A DNA stretch of 64,000 nt from contig CAWBMV010000001.1 of assembly GCA_963789955.1 (NCBI GenBank), positions 672,001 through 736,000 on the forward strand, in the 5' to 3' direction. Position numbers and translations under genes: made by a program. The stretch comes from an uncultured Candidatus Rokubacteria bacterium. Its GTDB lineage: Bacteria > Methylomirabilota > Methylomirabilia > Rokubacteriales > CSP1-6. The notes beneath the pieces were generated by a model. That model did no database searches, was not told where the DNA came from, and saw nothing but the letters and a program-made list of their open reading frames with translations. Shown here piece by piece: positions 50,783 through 61,416 of this stretch; the first letter of the stretch is position 1, and the number at the start of each line of letters is the position of its first letter.

Positions 50783-51616
50783 CTAGTGCGCGAAGGCAGC
50801 GAAGAGGGCCAGAGCGAATCCAGCCACCGTGACGACGATGGCGGCGCTCGCCAGCAGCCAGTCGACCGTCGTCTCGGCGCGGCGTTCCGCGTGGGACAGG
50901 ACGAGACCCGAGACGAAGCCCCCGATGAAGCCCCCGGCGTGCGCGAAATTGTTCACGCCTGACATGATGAACCCGGCGATGAAGAGGACCAGAGCCCACT
51001 GACCGTACTGTTGGAGATACAGTCGGCCGAAGGTGCCTCCGCGCTTTCGACCGTACGCTACGAGAGCGCCGAGAAGTCCGAAGATCGAGCCGGATGCACC
51101 AACCGTGAACGGTACGTCGAAGGCATTCGACACGACGAACCCGGCGACACCCGACACCGTGAAAATAACGACCAGGCGCGCCGGGCCATAGTAGCGCTCG
51201 ACTTCGGGCCCGAGCTGTCGGATCCACAGCACGTTGAAGAGGATGTGCAGGATCCCGCCGTGCAGATAGATCGCGGTGAGGATCGTCCACCAGTGTCCGG
51301 CCTGCCACGGAATCGCGCCGGCGGCGCCGAACGCCCACAACGCGCGGTTACTCGGCGCGAACACGTCAAAGATGCCGCGCGGACGGAGAGCCGCCGCGGG
51401 ATCGAACACGAGCGTCGCGATGTAGAGCGCGACGCACGCGAGCGTCACCGCGTTCGTGAAGTTCCACGAACGGAAGACTTGTCGCAGCGGCCCAGCGAAT
51501 CCCCACATGCCTGGATTGCGGCGGCCGCAGACGAGGCAGACAGGCGCAGAGGCGTGCGTCAGCCTGCCGCACGAAGGGCACAGAATCGACCCGGTCGTCT
51601 TACGGAACATCGCCAT
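50783..51616 (-). CDS. Rhomboid intramembrane serine protease with N-terminal zinc ribbon
   Basis: HILFN, catalytic GASG and AHAGG; CPSC..CLVC. Confidence 0.9.
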   Translation of the reverse strand: MAMFRKTTGSILCPSCGRLTHASAPVCLVCGRRNPGMWGFAGPLRQVFRSWNFTNAVTLACVALYIATLVFDPAAALRPRGIFDVFAPSNRALWAFGAAGAIPWQAGHWWTILTAIYLHGGILHILFNVLWIRQLGPEVERYYGPARLVVIFTVSGVAGFVVSNAFDVPFTVGASGSIFGLLGALVAYGRKRGGTFGRLYLQQYGQWALVLFIAGFIMSGVNNFAHAGGFIGGFVSGLVLSHAERRAETTVDWLLASAAIVVTVAGFALALFAAFAH

Positions 51617-51794
51617 CCTCGTCCGCTGGCACTCGGTAGCCCTCGTCGAGCCACGCACCGAGGTCGATGAGGCGGCAGGTGAGAGAGCAGAACGGGCGGT
51701 GCGCGTTTCCCTGCCACGGCGTCGCAGCGCTGCACGTGGGGCAGGTCACGGTTTGCTCGCGCTGCCGGAGGAGAGCATCGTCGGGGATCGACAT
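51600..51794 (-). CDS. yacG: DNA gyrase inhibitor YacG
   Basis: CPTC..RPFCSLTCRLIDLGAWLDEGY. Confidence 0.9.
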   Translation of the reverse strand: MSIPDDALLRQREQTVTCPTCSAATPWQGNAHRPFCSLTCRLIDLGAWLDEGYRVPADEDGDVP

Positions 51795-51956
51795 GGCGAA
51801 GACGGACGCGTCGTCCATCTGGATCGAATCCTACGAGCGCCTGCAAAGCGTGTCAACTCGGGCACTTGGCGAACGCGCCGGGGACGGTTTTCGTTGACAC
51901 TAATCGGCGGCGTCGCGTAAAGTTGCCGGGATCTCTCCACCGAAGGAGTCCACCGC

Positions 51957-54480
51957 ATGAATCAAGCGCAATTTACGATAGCCCGTCTAGCCCTCTGGAT
52001 CGTTCCCGTCTTGCTGCTCGGCCTGATGGTGGCCGGCCTCTCGGCCGCGCCCGACGCCATGGCCGCGCCGCCGGCGGAAGGCCAGCACGCGGGCGGAGGG
52101 GAAGCGAATCTCAGGGTTCCCGATCTCGGCTCGGTCGCGGTCGGAGGCATGAACGGCCGCAATCTCCTGATGATCGGCCTGGTCGTCTGCGTGCTCGGGC
52201 TCCTCTTCGGGATCGTGATCTTCGGCCAGCTCAAGCGTCTCCCGGTGCACCCGTCGATGCGGGAGATCTCGGAGCTGATCTACGAGACCTGCAAAACGTA
52301 CCTGATCACTCAGGGTAAGTTCCTGCTGATCCTCGAAGCGTTCATCGGCGTCATCATCGTGCTCTACTTCGGCGTGCTGCTGAAGTTCGACGCGTCGAAG
52401 GTGCTGATCATCCTTGCCTTCAGTTTGATCGGCATCGGCGGCAGCTACGGCGTGGCGTGGTTCGGCATGCGAATCAACACGTTCGCGAACTCCCGCACCG
52501 CCTTCGCGAGCCTCGCGGGCAAGCCGTTTCCCGTCTACGCGATCCCGCTCAAAGCGGGCATGAGCGTGGGGATGCTCCTCATCAGCGTCGAGCTGTTCCT
52601 GATGCTCTGCATCCTGCTCTTCATCCCGGGCGACTACGCGGGCCCGTGCTTCATCGGCTTCGCGATCGGCGAGTCGCTCGGCGCGGCCGCGCTCCGGATC
52701 GCCGGAGGCATCTTCACGAAGATCGCGGACATCGGGTCCGACCTGATGAAGATCGTGTTCAACATCAAGGAAGATGACGCGCGCAACCCGGGCGTGATCG
52801 CCGACTGCACGGGTGACAACGCTGGTGACTCTGTGGGCCCGAGCGCGGACGGCTTCGAGACGTACGGCGTTACGGGCGTCGCGCTCATCTCGTTCATCCT
52901 GCTCGCGGTGAGAGAGCCGGCCGTGCAGGTGCAGCTCCTGGTGTGGATCTTTACGATGCGCGTGCTCATGATCGTCTCGAGCGGGGCGTCGTACCTCCTC
53001 AACGAAGCGTTCGCTCGCGCAAAGTACGGCACGGCGACCCGAATGAACTTCGAGAGCCCCGCTCACCTCGCTCGTCTGGCTCACGTCGATCGTGTCCGTG
53101 CTCCTGACCTATTTCGCGTCCTATGAGCTGATCCGCGACCTCGGCGACGGGAGCCTCTGGTGGAAGCTCTCGACGGTTATCACCTGCGGAACCCTGGCCG
53201 GCGCGATCATCCCGGAGCTGGTGAAGATCTTCACCTCGACCGAGTCGGGCCACGTCCGAGAAGTGGTGACGTCGGCGCGGGAGGGCGGGCCCTCGCTCGG
53301 AATCCTGTCGGGACTCGTGGCCGGAAACTTCAGCGCGTACTGGCTCGGCATGGTCATCGTGGTGCTGATGGGCATCGCGTATAGCGTCAGCACGTTCGGG
53401 CTGGGTGCGATCATGGTCGCGCCGGCGGTCTTCGCGTTCGGCCTGGTCGCCTTCGGCTTCCTCGGCATGGGCCCGGTGACGATCGCGGTCGACTCCTACG
53501 GCCCCGTGACCGACAACGCGCAATCGGTGTTCGAGCTCTCGCTGATCGAGCAGGTTCCGAACGTCAAACAGTCGCTCAAGCGCGACCACGGCATCGACGT
53601 GAACTTCGAGGCGGCCAAGCACTTGCTCGAGGAGAACGACGGCGCCGGGAATACCTTCAAGGCGACGGCAAAGCCGGTGTTGATCGGCACGGCGGTCGTC
53701 GGCGCGACGACGATGATCTTCTCGATCATCGTCGTGCTCACGCACGGTCTCACGCAGAATCTGGACCGGCTGTCGCTGCTTCATCCGCCGTTCTTGCTCG
53801 GGCTCATCACCGGCGGCGCCGTCATCTACTGGTTCACCGGCGCGTCGATGCAGGCAGTCACGACGGGTGCCTATCGGGCGGTGGAGTTCATCAAGGCGAA
53901 CATCAAGCTCGAGGGCGCTACGAAGGCCTCGGTGACCGACAGCAAGCGTGTGGTCGAGATCTGCACGCAGTACGCGCAGAAGGGGATGTTCAACATCTTC
54001 CTCACGGTGTTCTTCTCGACCCTGGCGTTCGCCTTCCTGGAACCGTACTTCTTCATCGGCTACCTGATATCGATCGCGCTCTTCGGGCTCTACCAGGCCG
54101 TGTTCATGGCCAACGCCGGCGGAGCCTGGGACAACGCCAAGAAGATCGTCGAGGTGGACCTGAAGGAGAAAGGCACGCCGCTACATGCGGCGACGGTCGT
54201 CGGCGACACCGTCGGCGACCCGTTCAAGGACACGTCCTCGGTGGCGATGAATCCGGTCATCAAGTTCACGACCTTGTTCGGTCTCCTGGCCGTCGAGCTC
54301 GCGGTCACGTTCACGGCCGAGAGCGGGCCTTTCTTGAGTCGTGGGCTCGCGGCGATCTTTTTCGCGACGTCGGTCGTGTTCGTCTGGCGTTCGTTCTACG
54401 GCATGCGCATCCAGGGCAGTACGCCGCCGGCCGCGGGCGCGCCGGCGGGGCGAGTGGCCGTGGCCGCGCGAGGCAAGTAG
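51957..54480 (+). CDS. hppA: Membrane-bound cation-translocating pyrophosphatase (frameshift ~53060)
   Basis: GGIFTKIADIGSDL, EDDARNP..ADCTGDNAGD, DSYGPVTDNA, GGAWDNAKK, GDTVGDPFKD. Confidence 0.93.
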
Positions 54481-54486
54481 CGGCAG

Positions 54487-55113
54487 GTGGAGTTTCTCTC
54501 CGGCGTCGTCAGCGGAGCGTACTCGCTCGACGATCTGATTCGCTGGGGCGGCTACGTCCTCCTGTTCGGGATCGTCTTTACCGAGACGGGTCTTCTCATC
54601 GGCTTTTTCCTGCCGGGCGACTCCCTCCTGATCACGGCGGGGGTCGTCGCCGCTGCGGGCGTGCTCAACATCTGGTGGATCAACGTGCTGCTCGTCGTCG
54701 CCGCGATGACCGGTGACAGTGTCGGGTACGCGATCGGGGCTCGCCTGGGCCCGCGACTCTTCACGCGGCCCAAGTCGCTCCTGTTCAATCCCCGGCACAT
54801 CGAGCGAACCCGTGCGTTCTATGCCCGCCACGGCCCGAAGACGATCGTCATCGCCCGATTCGTGCCGATCATCCGGACCTTCGCGCCTGTGGTCGCGGGC
54901 GTCGGTGAGATGGAATACCCCCGTTTCCTCTTCTACAATGTGGCTGGCGGTGTGGGGTGGGTAACCAGCATGACCTGGGCGGGATATCTGCTCGGTCGCG
55001 TGATCCCGAATATCGGTGACTACGTCCACGTCGTAGTCGTCGTGGTGATCGTGCTCTCGGTCATCCCCATCGGCATCGAGATTCTTCGGGAGCGTCGGCG
55101 GCGTTCGGCCTGA
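54487..55113 (+). CDS. DedA/VTT-domain membrane protein
   Basis: ETGLLIGFFLPGDSLL, ARFVPIIRTF. Confidence 0.92.
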   Translation: MEFLSGVVSGAYSLDDLIRWGGYVLLFGIVFTETGLLIGFFLPGDSLLITAGVVAAAGVLNIWWINVLLVVAAMTGDSVGYAIGARLGPRLFTRPKSLLFNPRHIERTRAFYARHGPKTIVIARFVPIIRTFAPVVAGVGEMEYPRFLFYNVAGGVGWVTSMTWAGYLLGRVIPNIGDYVHVVVVVVIVLSVIPIGIEILRERRRRSA

Positions 55114-55193
55114 TCTTCTCCGCGTTCGCGAGCGCCGTCGCCCGGATCCCCAGGCGGCCGGCGACGTGGCTGGGGCGTGGGATCGGCGACCTC

Positions 55194-55988
55194 GTGTACT
55201 TTGCGCTCCCCGGCCGCCGTCGGCTGGCGATGGCGAACCTCGGAGTCGCATTCCCCGACATGGCCGAGGACCAACGACGACGAGTCTGCCGGGGCTCGTT
55301 CCGGCATCTCGGGCTGATGTTCGTCGAATTGTGCAAGGCGATGACGGTGCCGCCGGAGGAGACCATGGCGGGCATCACGGTCGTCGGCCTCGAGCACCTT
55401 ACGGACGCGATCGCCAAGCATGGCCGAGCGCTCGTCCTGACCGCCCATCTCGGGAACTGGGAGCTGATGGCGCTGGGCCACGAGCTCACGGGTGTCCCGA
55501 CGACGGTCGTCATTCGGCCCCTCGACGCCGACTGGCTCGACGTGATGGCGGGTCAGCTGCGACGGCGGACGAAGATCGAGCTGATCGACAAGCGCGCGGC
55601 GCTCCGGCCGGTCCTGGCCGCCCTCAATCGCGGCCGGATGGTGGCGATCCTCCTGGATCAGAACGCCTCTCGCCGCGAGGGCGTCTTCGTTTCGTTCTTC
55701 GGGCGACCGGCCTCGACATCGAAGAGCATGGCCGTGCTGGCGGTACGCACGCGGACGCCGATTGTCCCGATTTTCATCTACAGGGAGCGGCTCGGTGAGC
55801 ACCGAGCGGTGATCCATCCATCCTTCTATAGCGATGGTGCCGGCGACAGCGAGCAGGCGGTTGCCGAGATCACGCAGCGCTGCACGTCCACGATCGAATC
55901 GGCGATCACCGTCGCCCCGGATCAGTGGTTGTGGGTCCACAACCGGTGGCGAACCCGACCGCCGTCTACGGTGGAGCCTCGCGCGTGA
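55194..55988 (+). CDS. Lipid A late acyltransferase family protein (LpxL/HtrB-like); true start probably ~55110
   Basis: AHLGNWE, LLDQ, VSFFG, PDQWLWVHNRWR. Confidence 0.85.
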   Translation: MYFALPGRRRLAMANLGVAFPDMAEDQRRRVCRGSFRHLGLMFVELCKAMTVPPEETMAGITVVGLEHLTDAIAKHGRALVLTAHLGNWELMALGHELTGVPTTVVIRPLDADWLDVMAGQLRRRTKIELIDKRAALRPVLAALNRGRMVAILLDQNASRREGVFVSFFGRPASTSKSMAVLAVRTRTPIVPIFIYRERLGEHRAVIHPSFYSDGAGDSEQAVAEITQRCTSTIESAITVAPDQWLWVHNRWRTRPPSTVEPRA

Positions 55989-56639
55989 TCCGGCGAGTGC
56001 TGGTCGTCGGGTTGCTCCTCCTGGCAGGTGTCATGAGCGCGCCGGACCGGGCTGTTGGGATCAACACCGACTCCTACCGCGCCGCCGCCGCGTCCGGCGC
56101 GATCGGTGGCGTGACCGGACGCATATATGAGGAGAGCAAGCGACCCAAGGCGCCGGACCAGCCTTTGACGGGGGCCGCGGTGATCGTCCTTCCGAAGTCG
56201 GCCGACATCGTCCGGAAGCTCGAGGACATCAAGCGGGCGGCGCGCAACTCCGCTGACGACTATCGAGCGGCTGGGCCCTCGATCGTGGCCCTCCGTCGAG
56301 CCTACGAGAAGGAGATCTGGGACTCAGGGGCGGTCGATCTGATCAAGTCGACCACCGCCGACGCCGACGGACATTTCACCCTGACCGATCTCCCGGCTGG
56401 AGATTGGCTACTCATCGCCACCCACACCGTCAAGATTGACAAACACGCCACGGTGGGGCCACCCAAGCAGCGCGGTGTCTACGCGCCGAAAACGCACCTG
56501 ACAGGGCTATCAACGCGTAACGGTCTGGCTCCGCGAGGTGACGGTCGAGAACGGGCGGTCGGAGAACATCGACCTGACGGACCGGGGCGCCTGGTTTTCA
56601 GGCGTCGTCGAAGAGAGAGCACCGGACGCCAGCCGGTAG
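55985..56639 (+). CDS. Exported hypothetical protein with prealbumin/carboxypeptidase-regulatory-like fold (frameshift ~56520)
   Basis: Signal peptide; VTGRI, TTADADGHFTLTDLPAGDW pattern. Confidence 0.6.
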
Positions 56640-56663
56640 GGCTGGCGTCCGGCCCTGCAAAGG

Positions 56664-57119
56664 TTACTTCTTCTCGGCGGGCTGCGCCGTGGCCTTGGCC
56701 GAGGTGGCTCCCGGCTTGACCTGAACGGCCATCGCGGTCGCCTTGCCTTCGTGGTCCATGTAGCGGACCTGCACCTGATCACCCGGCTTCAAATCGGCGG
56801 CGGTGATCGCCTTTCCGGACTTCCTGATGGCGGTCTTGGCGTCGACCGCGAACGTCCACTCGGCGTCCTTTCCCTTCTCTTTGCCAGCCACCACGAGGCT
56901 GTCAGCGGACGCCGACTTCACCGTGCCCATGGCATTCTTCGCCTTCTTCACCTCGGACTTCGGCTTGGTCTCGGCGGGCTTTTGCGCCGGAGCCGGAGTC
57001 GTCGCCGGCGCAGGCGTGGCCGGAGCGGGAGTTGTCGTCTGAGCGACGGCAGACCCGGCGATCCCGATCCCGAAAACAGCAGCAATGAGTAGCGCCACAA
57101 ATCTCTTCACGTTCGTCAC
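56664..57119 (-). CDS. Exported small beta-barrel protein (DUF5666-like) with Pro/Ala/Thr linker
   Basis: Signal peptide, GTVKS..FAVDAKT..ADLKPGDQVQV; SD GGAGGA. Confidence 0.7.
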   Translation of the reverse strand: MTNVKRFVALLIAAVFGIGIAGSAVAQTTTPAPATPAPATTPAPAQKPAETKPKSEVKKAKNAMGTVKSASADSLVVAGKEKGKDAEWTFAVDAKTAIRKSGKAITAADLKPGDQVQVRYMDHEGKATAMAVQVKPGATSAKATAQPAEKK

Positions 57120-57315
57120 TCCTCCGCTACAGGTTTAGGTTGGGGAAAGAACTTGCTACGGTCCATAGGACGGCTTGATCGAGACATTTATTCTTGTCCT
57201 AAGTGTGTAGGAAATCTGGCGGATATCCAAATTTCTCGTGACCTGACCCTACCGCCGCATGTGGGCCGTTGACCGATTCGGGCGATGCGTGGTACAAACG
57301 ATTAAATCCTCATAT

Positions 57316-58625
57316 ATGGCGATTCGAGCCTCTTTTCGACTGTTGTTGGCAAGTTTAGTCGGAATTATTTCGCCGATCGCCCTCTCACCCGTCTGTGCCG
57401 AATCACAGTCTCTGTCGCGCGATTTTCTCGAAGTCTCTATTCCGTCGCCGTCGAACGAAGAGTTCACACGGCCCGCTCCATCGCTCGACACGAAGACTGA
57501 AGAGCCGGGCTTACAAGACGACTCTTCGGTATGGGTGCCCGAGGACTTCGATCCTTGGGCGTACGCATTTGCGGAATCGTCCCGGCTCCAGGCACAGTCG
57601 TTTCGGCTCGTAAAAGTTCCCACGTACACGATCTCGATGAACTCGCAGGTGAAGTACTTCGTCGATCGGTTCACCACCGTTCGCCGCGACGTGGTCGGCC
57701 TGTGGGTACGACGCTCGGGACAGTACCTCGGGATGATCTTCGACGTTTTCAGAGCCAAGGGATTGCCCGAAGATCTCGCCTTCACGGCGATGATCGAGAG
57801 CGGCTTCAATCCCACGGCCGTGTCCCGCGTCGGCGCCAAGGGGATGTGGCAGTTCATGGCGCCCACCGCGCGACTCTACGGCTTGCGCGTCGACCACTGG
57901 GTTGACGAGCGCCTCGACCCCGAGAAGTCCACCGTGGCTGCTGCCCGCTACCTCAACGACCTCTATGTTCGGTACGGCTCGTGGGAGCTGGCCCAGGCAG
58001 CCTACAACGCCGGTGAGGTCAAGATAGACAAAGCCATTCGGGGCACGGGCTCGACCGACTTCTGGGATCTGAGCCGGTCCAAGTACCTCAAACGAGAGAC
58101 GAAGGACTTCGTGCCGGCGATCCAGGCAGCGATGGTGATCGGTCGCGATCCCAGTCAGTACGGCTTCGAGCCGAGTCCAGTCGGCATGCCGGACGTCGAG
58201 CGGGTGACCGCTCCGGCCGGGACGGACCTCCGAAAGCTCGCTAGTACCACCGGCATTTCGTTTCAGACGTTGCGCTCACTCAATCCTGTCCTGATTCGGG
58301 CATCACCCCGCCCGGCAGGACCTGGGAAGTGCGTGTTCCCGGTGGCTCACGAGAGGTCGTGACGGCAGCTCTCACGCCCCATCGGAAGGTCGTCGCGCCC
58401 GTCGTCGCCGCGGCGCCGAGCCGCCGCCCGGCGGGAACGGGGATCCATGTGGTTCGCACGCGCGACACCGTGAGCTCGATTGCCAAGCTCTACGGGGTCT
58501 CCACCACCGACGTCGTTCGCTGGAACAATCTCGAAAACGGCGACGCGATTCGGCCGGGGGATCGGCTTCGCGTCTCGAGTGTCCGCCCATCCGTCGAGCG
58601 CGACGGACAGGGCGGGTTCAGGTGA
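57316..58625 (+). CDS. MltD-like lytic transglycosylase with LysM domain (frameshift ~58300)
   Basis: IESGFNP, AKGMWQFM, AAYNAGE, RETKDFVP; LysM HVVRTRDTVSSIAKLYGVS. Confidence 0.88.
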
Positions 58626-58867
58626 AGGTCGAAGTCCGACTCTTCGCCACTCTCGCTTCGTTTCTTCCCGCTCACGGCCGCGCCGGCGCGGCCGAGCTCG
58701 AGCTCCCCGAAGGTAGTACGGTCACCGAGGTCACCCGCTGTCTCGGCATCCCGCCTGATCTCGCCCGAGTCGTGCTCGTCAACGGGCGCGATATCGGCCC
58801 CGAGGCACGGTTGGCCGCGCGCGACGTCGTGACGATCTTCCCCCCGCTCGCGGGTGGCGCCGGCTAG
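58622..58867 (+). CDS. MoaD/ThiS-family ubiquitin-like sulfur carrier
   Basis: MKVEVRLFATL, VLVNG, IFPPLAGG. Confidence 0.88.
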   Translation: MKVEVRLFATLASFLPAHGRAGAAELELPEGSTVTEVTRCLGIPPDLARVVLVNGRDIGPEARLAARDVVTIFPPLAGGAG

Positions 58868-59811
58868 GCGTCGCGCGGCAAGGTCGCCATCGGCGCAACC
58901 CCGCTTTCGGACTCGGTGGCGTGCTCGGCGCCCGCTTGCTCGATCGCCGAATCGATCTCCGCGCCGACCAGCAGGGCGACGCCGCTCCAGTAGAGCCACA
59001 GCATCAACAAGATCAAGCCGCCGATCGAGCCGTACGTCGCGTTGTAGTAGTCGAAGTATCCGACGTAGAACCGGAGCCCGAGCGACATCAAGAGCCACGA
59101 GACGACCGCGAACGCCGAGCCGGGGGTGACCCAGGACCAGATGCGATCCATCGCGGGCGCCAGATAGTAGACGAGTGTCACACCGGTGAGGACCAGAAGG
59201 ATCACCACCGGGACCTGCGCGAGCTTCCAGGTCAGCGTAAACAGGGGGCCGAGCCCGACGAAGTCGCCGATGGCCTCTCCGAGACGGACCCCGAACACCA
59301 CCAGCAGCAGGGCGGTGAGGGTGAACAGCGAGAAGACCAAGGTGAGCGCGACCGCGATGAGCCGTTTCTCCCACCAGGTCCGCTGATCCGTGATCCCGTA
59401 GGCCGCATTCAGTGCCTTCATGATCGAGAGCATCCCGCTCGAGGCGCCGACCAGCGCCACGAGCGCGCTGACCGATACGAGGCCGCCGCTGGCGCCCCGG
59501 ACGGCCTCCGCCAGGGTTTTCTTGATCAGGGAAGCGGCATCCCCGGGGAGCACCCGCTCGACGTAGCCGATCAGCTGCGACATGAGATCTGGAACCGGAA
59601 GCAAGCCGAGCAGCGCGGTGAGGAACAAGAGTGTCGGCAGGAGCGCGAAGGCGAAGTAGTAGGAGAGCTCGGCCGCTCGATCGAGGATCTCGTCGTGCCA
59701 GGACCGCAGGTAGACGCGGGTGGCGAGCCCTCTGACCGAGAGTCCTCCGAGCGCCCAGGGCGAGGCCGCCGTGCGGCCTTCTCGTGGCCGCGTTGCCTTC
59801 AGCGGAATCAC
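58864..59811 (-). CDS. YihY/BrkB family membrane protein
   Basis: AAELSYY..ALLP, ALNAAY, YNATYGSIGG, LWLYWS..GAE. Confidence 0.9.
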   Translation of the reverse strand: MIPLKATRPREGRTAASPWALGGLSVRGLATRVYLRSWHDEILDRAAELSYYFAFALLPTLLFLTALLGLLPVPDLMSQLIGYVERVLPGDAASLIKKTLAEAVRGASGGLVSVSALVALVGASSGMLSIMKALNAAYGITDQRTWWEKRLIAVALTLVFSLFTLTALLLVVFGVRLGEAIGDFVGLGPLFTLTWKLAQVPVVILLVLTGVTLVYYLAPAMDRIWSWVTPGSAFAVVSWLLMSLGLRFYVGYFDYYNATYGSIGGLILLMLWLYWSGVALLVGAEIDSAIEQAGAEHATESESGVAPMATLPRDA

Positions 59812-59971
59812 TTCGCGCCCATCGTAGCAGGGACCATACGAAATCGCGCTGCTCCCGGGACGACCGCGAGAGGCCAGGGTCCCCGCCCGCGTTTCCGACC
59901 CGGGCCGCGAGGCCGGGCCATCGGGTCGGTGGTAAACTCGTGCCGTTTCAACGAGCTAGCGTTGTAGCGTC

Positions 59972-60069
59972 GGAAGCGTCTAGGAACCCGGTGGGCCTCC
60001 CGGACTTCAAATCCGGTGGACCGTTCTAGACAAACGGTCGATGGGTTCGACTCCCATACGCTTCCGCCA
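59972..60069 (+). tRNA. selC: tRNA-Sec(TCA)
   Basis: 8-bp acceptor GGAAGCGT/ACGCTTCC-GCCA, anticodon arm CCGGA-CTTCAAA-TCCGG, long variable arm GACCGTT/AACGGTC. Confidence 0.95.
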
Positions 60070-60079
60070 AAGGAGTGAA

Positions 60080-60612
60080 ATGGCCAAAGGCGATCGGCGC
60101 ACACGGACACCCGGACGCCGGCGAAGCGCCGTCGGACCGCTATCGCCGTCGTGGTCACCGTGTTGGCGGCGACCGTCGTCGGCTACTTCGCGTACCGAGC
60201 CCAGGCGAACCTGCCGGGCGTACAGTTCGCGGATCAGGGCAATCTCCATGTCCCGAGTGCCGACATCCCCCACGAGCAGTACAACTCGGAACCTCCGACG
60301 TCGGGGCCGCATCTTCCATACATCGCTCCGTGGGGCGTCCACACGCGGCCGATCGTGCGCGAGCTGCAGGTGCACAACCTGGAGGACGGCGGCGTGGTCG
60401 TGCAATACAACTGCGAGTGCCCCGATCTGGTCGCAAAGCTCAAGACCATCGTGGACAAATATGACAAGCAGGTCATCCTCGCGCCGTATCCCGGAATGCA
60501 ACACAAGATCGCGCTGACGGCGTGGACGCGGCTCGACACCATGGATGAGCTCGACGAGGGCCGCATCACGCGTTTCATCGAGGCCTACCGTGGTATCGAC
60601 CACCACAAATAG
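60080..60612 (+). CDS. DUF3105-domain membrane-anchored protein (frameshift ~60122)
   Basis: YNSEPPTSGPH, VHNLEDGGVVVQY, IALTAW; AAGGAG SD. Confidence 0.8.
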
Positions 60613-60682
60613 CCGGGCGCTGCCGACGCGCGGATCCGGGCCGGTGCCGGCCGCCCGCCTTCGCCTCACGGCCCTGGCGGGC

Positions 60683-61129
60683 ATGGCCGTCCTGCTCGGT
60701 GCCTGCTCCGGTCTCCATGTGTCGCCGCTGGCGCCGCCGCCGTACCAGGTGGAGGTCGCCGCGCGCTACGACGCCGCCTGGTCCGCCCTGGTCCGCGCCC
60801 TCGCCAGAGAAAACGTGCCGATCCGGGCGATCGCGCGCGACTCTGGTGTCATCGCCTCCGACGATTTCATCGCGCCGATCGGCGTCTATGCGGACTGCGG
60901 CCGGGTCGGGGGCGAGCTCGTGGAAGGCGAAGCTCTGGTAGCCTTTACATTGTTTGCCGAGCCGAACGGTACGTGGACCCGGGTGCTGGTGAATTCGAAG
61001 ATGCGGACGCATATGCAGCGCAAGGGCTCGAGCGGCAAGCTGCGCCCGATGCCCGTCTACCAGTGCGCATCGACGGGCCGGTTCGAGGCGAACCTGCTCG
61101 ACGCCGTGCGCGAGCTGGTGAAGGAGTAA
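60683..61129 (+). CDS. Hypothetical lipoprotein (start uncertain)
   Basis: LLGAC lipobox; DSGVIAS, ADCG and CASTGRFE cysteine pair. Confidence 0.6.
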   Translation: MAVLLGACSGLHVSPLAPPPYQVEVAARYDAAWSALVRALARENVPIRAIARDSGVIASDDFIAPIGVYADCGRVGGELVEGEALVAFTLFAEPNGTWTRVLVNSKMRTHMQRKGSSGKLRPMPVYQCASTGRFEANLLDAVRELVKE

Positions 61130-61131
61130 TC

Positions 61132-61416
61132 GTGCCGTCGCGACTGGCCGATCTCATCCGAAAAGCGCGTCGCCTCGCGTCCGAGCGGGACCGCCTCATC
61201 GAGGACCTGGCCGGCGAATGGACTCACGCGTTGCGTGGCCAGGGCCTTTCGCCGACCGATCTCGAGGAGCTCTGGGCCGGGCTCGTGGAGGACGCCGTGC
61301 GCCGTGGACGGCAGACGGGTGAGGGGAAATGGACGGCCCAGGCGTGGCGTCACGAAGCTCAGGAGGTCGTCGCCCGCGTTCGGCAGAAGGTCGAGGCCGC
61401 ACTCGGTGAGCGCTGA
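61132..61416 (+). CDS. Small helical hypothetical protein
   Basis: AAGGAG SD, GTG start, overlaps selA start. Confidence 0.6.
   Translation: MPSRLADLIRKARRLASERDRLIEDLAGEWTHALRGQGLSPTDLEELWAGLVEDAVRRGRQTGEGKWTAQAWRHEAQEVVARVRQKVEAALGER

Noticed and set aside
57120..57315. c-di-GMP or c-di-AMP riboswitch in the AT-richer divergent intergenic region
   Set aside because: No recognisable consensus on either strand; best explained as divergent promoters.
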